NCBI GenBank assembly: GCA_050246315.1 | Contig: JBFWWG010000009.1 | Coordinates: 96,001-160,000 of the forward strand | DNA: 64,000 nucleotides | DNA from: Nitrospiraceae bacterium | Lineage (GTDB): Bacteria; Nitrospirota; Nitrospiria; Nitrospirales; Nitrospiraceae | Direction of reading: 5' to 3' | In this document: positions 59,615 to 64,000 of the stretch, piece after piece | Layout of the letters: every line of letters begins with the position of its first letter | Numbering within the stretch: position 1 is the stretch's first letter | Position numbers and translations under genes: made by a program | Notes under the pieces: model-generated | What the model was told of the DNA's origin: nothing | Databases searched by the model: none | Seen by the model: the letters and a program-made list of their open reading frames with translations, nothing else

Positions 59615-60127
59615 ATGAAACTGACACCGCTCGAAATTCAGCAGATGGTTTTTCAGGTGCGCATGCGGGGCTACGACAGAGAGGAGGTCAACCGTTTTCT
59701 GGAAGAGGTGGCACAGACCCTTGAAACCGCCAACCGCGAAAATGCCTCGCTCCGGGAACGGACGTCCTACATGGAGCAGCAATTGGCCGATATGAAGCGG
59801 AACGAAGCCACGCTGTCCAATACGCTGCTCTCTGCGCAATCCCTGGCAGATGACGTGAAGCGGACCGCCCACCGCGACGCCGAACTGGCCATGAAGGAGG
59901 CCGAATTGAAGGCGTCCGAACTGCTGAGAGAAGCGCGGGTCGAGTTGGCGGAGACTCAGCGGGACATTTCGGAACTCCGCAAGCAGCGGTTGCTCATGAT
60001 CGAACGGTTGCGGGCGACGATCCGCACATTCGAGCGGATGCTTGAAGTCGAAGAAGAGGACGAAGATTCCTCCGAACCGGCAGCGCCGAGCAACAAGCTT
60101 ACCGGCGAGTCCACCCGGTATCAATAA
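59615..60127 (+). CDS. divIVA: DivIVA domain protein
   Basis: LTPLEI...RGYDREEVNRFL followed by coiled coil. Confidence 0.9.
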   Translation: MKLTPLEIQQMVFQVRMRGYDREEVNRFLEEVAQTLETANRENASLRERTSYMEQQLADMKRNEATLSNTLLSAQSLADDVKRTAHRDAELAMKEAELKASELLREARVELAETQRDISELRKQRLLMIERLRATIRTFERMLEVEEEDEDSSEPAAPSNKLTGESTRYQ

Positions 60128-60131
60128 GCTC

Positions 60132-61286
60132 GTGCCCGCAATCGTGCGGTTTTCTGAATTATCCCACGATCAGGTCCGCACGATCCTACGTACCGCGGTA
60201 GATGCCGGGGTGTTCCCCGGCGCCGTGCTTCATGTGCGGCGACGGGGGATGGTGTGGTGTGAGGCGGCGGTCGGGCGCTCAGCGTATCCCCCTCTCGGCA
60301 CGTCGGTGACTCCGCAGACCATCTACGATTTGGCTTCCCTCACCAAGCCTCTTGCAACGACTGCTGCGATCCTGCACCTGGTTCAAGATGAAACGCTGCG
60401 ACTTGACGATCCGCTCGCGCGACACCTTCACGAACTGCACGGCACGGCGATCGGAGAAGCCACGATCTGGCATCTGCTGACGCACAGCTCAGGCTTGCCG
60501 GGTTGGCGGCCGTTCTACCAAATGTTGACTCAGGATGCAGCGACAGCCGGATCCGTGACGGGAGATCGTTCCAACGCCGAGCGGGTGTTGCAACTCATTC
60601 GTTCCGAACGATTGGAGTTTGTGACGGGCGAACGCAGCCTTTACAGCGACCTGGGGTACATGTTGCTGGGCTGGACCGTGGAGCGGCTTTCCGGATACAC
60701 GCTCGACGTGTTTTGCCAGAACCGGCTCTATCATCCGATCGGGGCCTGGCCCCTTGCCTTTATCCCCCGTAGCCGGACGGTCGCCGACATCTTTGGGCCG
60801 GGATCCGTGGTGGCGCCGACAGAGCAGGATCCTTGGCGTGGCCGGCTGCTCGAGGGGGAGGTGCATGACGAGAATGCCGCGGCGCTGGGAGGCGTTGCGG
60901 GGCATGCCGGGTTGTTCGGGACGGCTCAGGCCGTAGCCTGCGTGGGACAGGCCTGGTTGGATGCGTGGAATGGAATGCCCGGTCTCTTGGCGCCCGATCT
61001 GGTACGTCGGTTCGTCGCCCGGCAGACGTTGATCCCTTCTTCGACGTGGGCCATGGGTTGGGATACGCCGTCGGTCTCCGCCTCATCGGCCGGGGTCCAT
61101 GTCTCACCCGAGTCGTTCGGCCACCTGGGTTTCACAGGGACGTCGATGTGGATCAATCCGACCGAGCAGATGGTTGTTGTGCTGTTATCCAACCGTGTGC
61201 ATCCGACCAGAGATAATGAGGGTATCAAGCGCTTCCGGCCGAAAATTCACGATGTGATTTGGGACGCGTGCCGTGGAGGTCTGTGA
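60132..61286 (+). CDS. Serine hydrolase (beta-lactamase-related)
   Basis: DLASLTK (SxxK), LLTHSSG, YSDLG, GHAGLF, GHLGFTGTS; start uncertain. Confidence 0.9.
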   Translation: MPAIVRFSELSHDQVRTILRTAVDAGVFPGAVLHVRRRGMVWCEAAVGRSAYPPLGTSVTPQTIYDLASLTKPLATTAAILHLVQDETLRLDDPLARHLHELHGTAIGEATIWHLLTHSSGLPGWRPFYQMLTQDAATAGSVTGDRSNAERVLQLIRSERLEFVTGERSLYSDLGYMLLGWTVERLSGYTLDVFCQNRLYHPIGAWPLAFIPRSRTVADIFGPGSVVAPTEQDPWRGRLLEGEVHDENAAALGGVAGHAGLFGTAQAVACVGQAWLDAWNGMPGLLAPDLVRRFVARQTLIPSSTWAMGWDTPSVSASSAGVHVSPESFGHLGFTGTSMWINPTEQMVVVLLSNRVHPTRDNEGIKRFRPKIHDVIWDACRGGL

Positions 61287-61287
61287 G

Positions 61288-61599
61288 TCAGTCTGCGTAG
61301 TCGATCCATGTTTCTTTTTCCGCCAAGTAACGCTTGCCTTTGAAGTTCAATCGGGTCCGCATCTTTTGAAAGCCCAGACGCCGCAGCCGGTCGATCACGT
61401 CTGTGACAGCCTCGGCGACGGTTCGGTGGACCTGCCCTTCTACCACGAGCGCCTCATACATCACCTGGGCTTTGTAACCGGCCCCTGTGCGGCTGATGGC
61501 GATCGAACGATTGAAATAGCGATCGCTCGGGTCGGTCCCTTCGATCTGGTGACGCTCGACGAGACCTTCTTTCTTCAACGAGAGCGGAAGCGTGCTCAT
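61288..61599 (-). CDS. Hypothetical protein
   Basis: GGAGGAG RBS before ATG 61599; 103-aa ORF with globular-looking composition. Confidence 0.75.
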   Translation of the reverse strand: MSTLPLSLKKEGLVERHQIEGTDPSDRYFNRSIAISRTGAGYKAQVMYEALVVEGQVHRTVAEAVTDVIDRLRRLGFQKMRTRLNFKGKRYLAEKETWIDYAD

Positions 61600-61742
61600 G
61601 TGCTCCTCCGGTGTTCCGCTGCGGACCTTGGCAACGAAGTGCATTATAAGAGGGCGCGAATGGGTGTGCAACCGCGGTTGACAAGGCCGGAACGCCATTC
61701 CTATCATGCCGCGTTTTCGACGGACGCCCGCAGGCGTCGTAG

Positions 61743-61988
61743 CCCGCATGATTCATAACGGTTCGTGACGGTTCACCCGGTTCCTATCCAGGGCACGGGT
61801 ACCTCCACGCGAAGCCGCGAGCAAGGGAGGCGTACTTGAAGCTGGATGTTGACCGACCGAGCAGCGAGCCTGTCCGCTTGGGTGCGGAAGACCGGCGGCC
61901 AGATCTGTCGCAGCCTGGACACTCGTTGCCCTTGACCGGCAACAGGTTGCACAGTGGTTGCGGCAGAAGCGTTCACGGATAATATGAG
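61743..61988. mobile_element. Degenerate MITE, copy B (about 246 bp)
   Basis: Left end TAGCCCGCATGATTCATAACGGTTCGTGACG, internal GGGAGGCGTACTTGAA...TGTTGACCGACCGAGCAGCGAGCC and right end GGTTGCGGCAGAAGCGTTCACGGATAATATGAG all align to copy A. Confidence 0.85.
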
Positions 61989-62013
61989 TTGGCCCGCCGG
62001 ATCGTAGAAGCGG

Positions 62014-62550
62014 ATGAATATCCCCAACAGTCTGACCACGCTGCGGATTTTGCTCATTCCCGTCTTTGTCGGTTTTCTCGTCTATGAACAGGTCGATCGA
62101 GCCCTGCTCGTGCTTGTGATCGCGGGATTGACGGACGCGCTGGATGGCACGGTGGCGCGGATCATCAACCAGCGGACGCGCCTTGGCGCGATCTTGGATC
62201 CGCTGGCGGACAAGCTCCTCATGGTGTCTGGCTTTGTTGCCCTGGCGGCGTTGCATCTGATTCCATCCTGGGTGGCGATTTTGGTCGTCAGCCGCGACTT
62301 TATTCTGATTGTGGGGACGCTCGTCGCCCGGTTGACTGAATCGCCACTCGACATCACGCCCACCGTGCTGGGCAAGGGCACCACAGTGTTTCAACTCTCC
62401 TACCTGGTCCTGGTCCTGCTGTTTCGAGCCACGAGCCGGGATGTCGCGCTGCTCGACCCTCTCCTCTATACGACCGCTGCGGTGACCCTCGCCTCCGGGC
62501 TTCATTACCTGTACCGCGGCTTTCTGCGGGTCAGCACACGAGATATCTGA
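62014..62550 (+). CDS. CDP-alcohol phosphatidyltransferase (PgsA-like)
   Basis: NIPNSLTTLR, DALDGTVAR...GAILDPLADK. Confidence 0.92.
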   Translation: MNIPNSLTTLRILLIPVFVGFLVYEQVDRALLVLVIAGLTDALDGTVARIINQRTRLGAILDPLADKLLMVSGFVALAALHLIPSWVAILVVSRDFILIVGTLVARLTESPLDITPTVLGKGTTVFQLSYLVLVLLFRATSRDVALLDPLLYTTAAVTLASGLHYLYRGFLRVSTRDI

Positions 62551-62627
62551 TCTGGTTCGGTGCTGGTCCGTGGCCGCTGATCCGGTGCGCTGACAGATGC
62601 CAGAGCCGCGGGGAAAACGCGTTTTCT

Positions 62628-62656
62628 TTGACAGGGTTTCGCCCCACCACTAGACT
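62628..62656 (+). promoter_or_regulatory. Sigma70-type promoter of pilC
   Basis: TTGACA-17-TAGACT. Confidence 0.65.
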
Positions 62657-62748
62657 GCCTGAAGGTCACTCAACCCAGGTTTCTACTGAGTCCGTCTCGC
62701 TGGCGCGAGCCGGACGGAATCGTTCAGTCCACCCACCCGAGGACGTCC

Positions 62749-63966
62749 ATGGCTACATTCGCCTATGTCGGGAAAACGCGGCAAGGAGCGGTTAAAAAAG
62801 GGGAACTCACCGCAAAGACCCGCGATGAGGCGGTGGACCAGTTGCGCAAGCAGAACGTGATCGTCACCAGCTTGGAGGAGAGGCAGGGTGGCGAAGGTCT
62901 CCGCAAGCTGTCTCTCGGATCGGGCATCAAGGACAAGGACATCGTGGTGTTTACCCGGCAGTTCGGCACGATGATCAACGCTGGCCTTCCGCTGGTGCAA
63001 TGCCTGGACATTCTCGGTACGCAGTCGGAAAACAAGGTGCTGGGCCGGGCGGTGACGGAGGTAAAAACCTCGGTCGAAAGCGGCAGCACGTTGGCCGATG
63101 CGCTGCGCAAACATCCCAAAGTCTTCGACGAACTCTACGTGAACATGATCCACGCGGGAGAGGTCGGCGGATTGCTCGACACGATTCTCGGTCGTCTGGC
63201 CAAACACATCGAAAAGGCCATGAAACTGAAGGGGCAGATCAAATCGGCCATGGTCTACCCCTCGGCCATCGTCGGCGTGGCGGTCGTCGTCATCACCATC
63301 CTGATGATCTGGGTCATTCCAATTTTCGCCAAGATGTTCGCCGAAATGTCCGGTGGGAAGATGGGGCTTCCGACGCCGACCCAGATCGTGATCGATCTCA
63401 GCAACTTCATGAAAAACTATATTCTCTTCATGATCGCGGGCGCCATTGCGGCGATCGTGGCGCTCAAGCGGTATTACAAGACGTCCAACGGCAAACTGAG
63501 AATCGACCGCTTCTTGTTGAGAACGCCGATTTTCGGCGACCTGATCCGGAAGGCCGCGGTGGCCAAGTTCACGCGGACGCTGGGCACGCTGATCACGAGC
63601 GGAGTACCGCTGCTGGAAGGTCTGGCGATTTGTGCAAAGACTGCCGGGAACAAGATTATTGAACTCGCCATTATGGAAGCACGTGTCAGCATCAGCGGCG
63701 GGAAGACGATCGCCGAGCCCCTCTCCAAAAGCAATGTCTTTCCGAAAATGGTGACGCACATGATCGCGGTTGGTGAGTCCACCGGTGCGCTCGACAACAT
63801 GTTGGGCAAGATCGCGGATTTCTACGATGATGAAGTCGACCAAGCGGTTGCGGCGCTGACTTCGCTCCTGGAGCCTGTGATGATGGTGTTTCTCGGAACC
63901 ATCATCGGGTTTATCGTAATTGCGATGTATTTGCCGATCTTTCAGATGGCGTCGGCTATCGGGTAA
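62749..63966 (+). CDS. pilC: Type IV pilus inner-membrane platform protein (GspF family)
   Basis: FTRQFGTMINAGLPL, AGEVGGLLD, AMVYP, VGESTGALD, LLEPVMM, AMYLPIF. Confidence 0.93.
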   Translation: MATFAYVGKTRQGAVKKGELTAKTRDEAVDQLRKQNVIVTSLEERQGGEGLRKLSLGSGIKDKDIVVFTRQFGTMINAGLPLVQCLDILGTQSENKVLGRAVTEVKTSVESGSTLADALRKHPKVFDELYVNMIHAGEVGGLLDTILGRLAKHIEKAMKLKGQIKSAMVYPSAIVGVAVVVITILMIWVIPIFAKMFAEMSGGKMGLPTPTQIVIDLSNFMKNYILFMIAGAIAAIVALKRYYKTSNGKLRIDRFLLRTPIFGDLIRKAAVAKFTRTLGTLITSGVPLLEGLAICAKTAGNKIIELAIMEARVSISGGKTIAEPLSKSNVFPKMVTHMIAVGESTGALDNMLGKIADFYDDEVDQAVAALTSLLEPVMMVFLGTIIGFIVIAMYLPIFQMASAIG

Positions 63967-64000
63967 CGGGCCAGCCCCGGTTTGCCGCACTGGTCCTGAC

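Noticed and set aside
56899..60127. pgeF-yggS-proC-yggT-divIVA after ftsZ as a novelty
   Set aside because: A widely conserved arrangement; only the ProC motif loss is unusual.
62676..62690. GTTTCTAC as a purine riboswitch core
   Set aside because: The flanking P1-P3 stems and loop motifs are absent, and the pilC context does not fit.
1..64000. tRNA, rRNA, integrase or prophage genes
   Set aside because: None recognised by eye; tRNAscan-SE or Infernal would be needed to exclude them fully.

Overview
GC-rich bacterial chromosomal window, very likely Nitrospira (Nitrospirota), inferred mainly from a protein closely resembling the Nitrospira defluvii chlorite dismutase. The left part (1-38 kb) is mixed accessory DNA: two SGNH-type membrane proteins, DUF2914, ppk1, a DUF1499-cld-nitroreductase-FNR-like cluster, a TetR-RND efflux operon, an MntA/HepT pair whose toxin is split by a 363-bp MITE-like element, a probable phosphonate (AEP) lipid biosynthesis cluster with a non-canonical PEP-mutase/NTP-transferase fusion, a toxin-antitoxin island at the 5' end of cstA, yajQ and asnS. 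The right part (39-64 kb) is a dcw cluster (rsmH-ftsL-ftsI-murE-murF-mraY-murD-ftsW-murG-murC-murB-ddl-ftsQ-ftsA-ftsZ) followed by pgeF-yggS-proC-yggT-divIVA, a serine hydrolase, a pgsA-like gene and pilC. Main non-obvious signals: three copies of one MITE family, two unrelated inverted heptamer-repeat hairpins inside operons, MraZ-type boxes apparently inside the rsmH reading frame with no mraZ present, a ProC lacking its SPGGTT motif, a relic cstA 5' end, and many apparently leaderless genes. All calls come from reading the sequence and recalled family motifs; no database searches were run.
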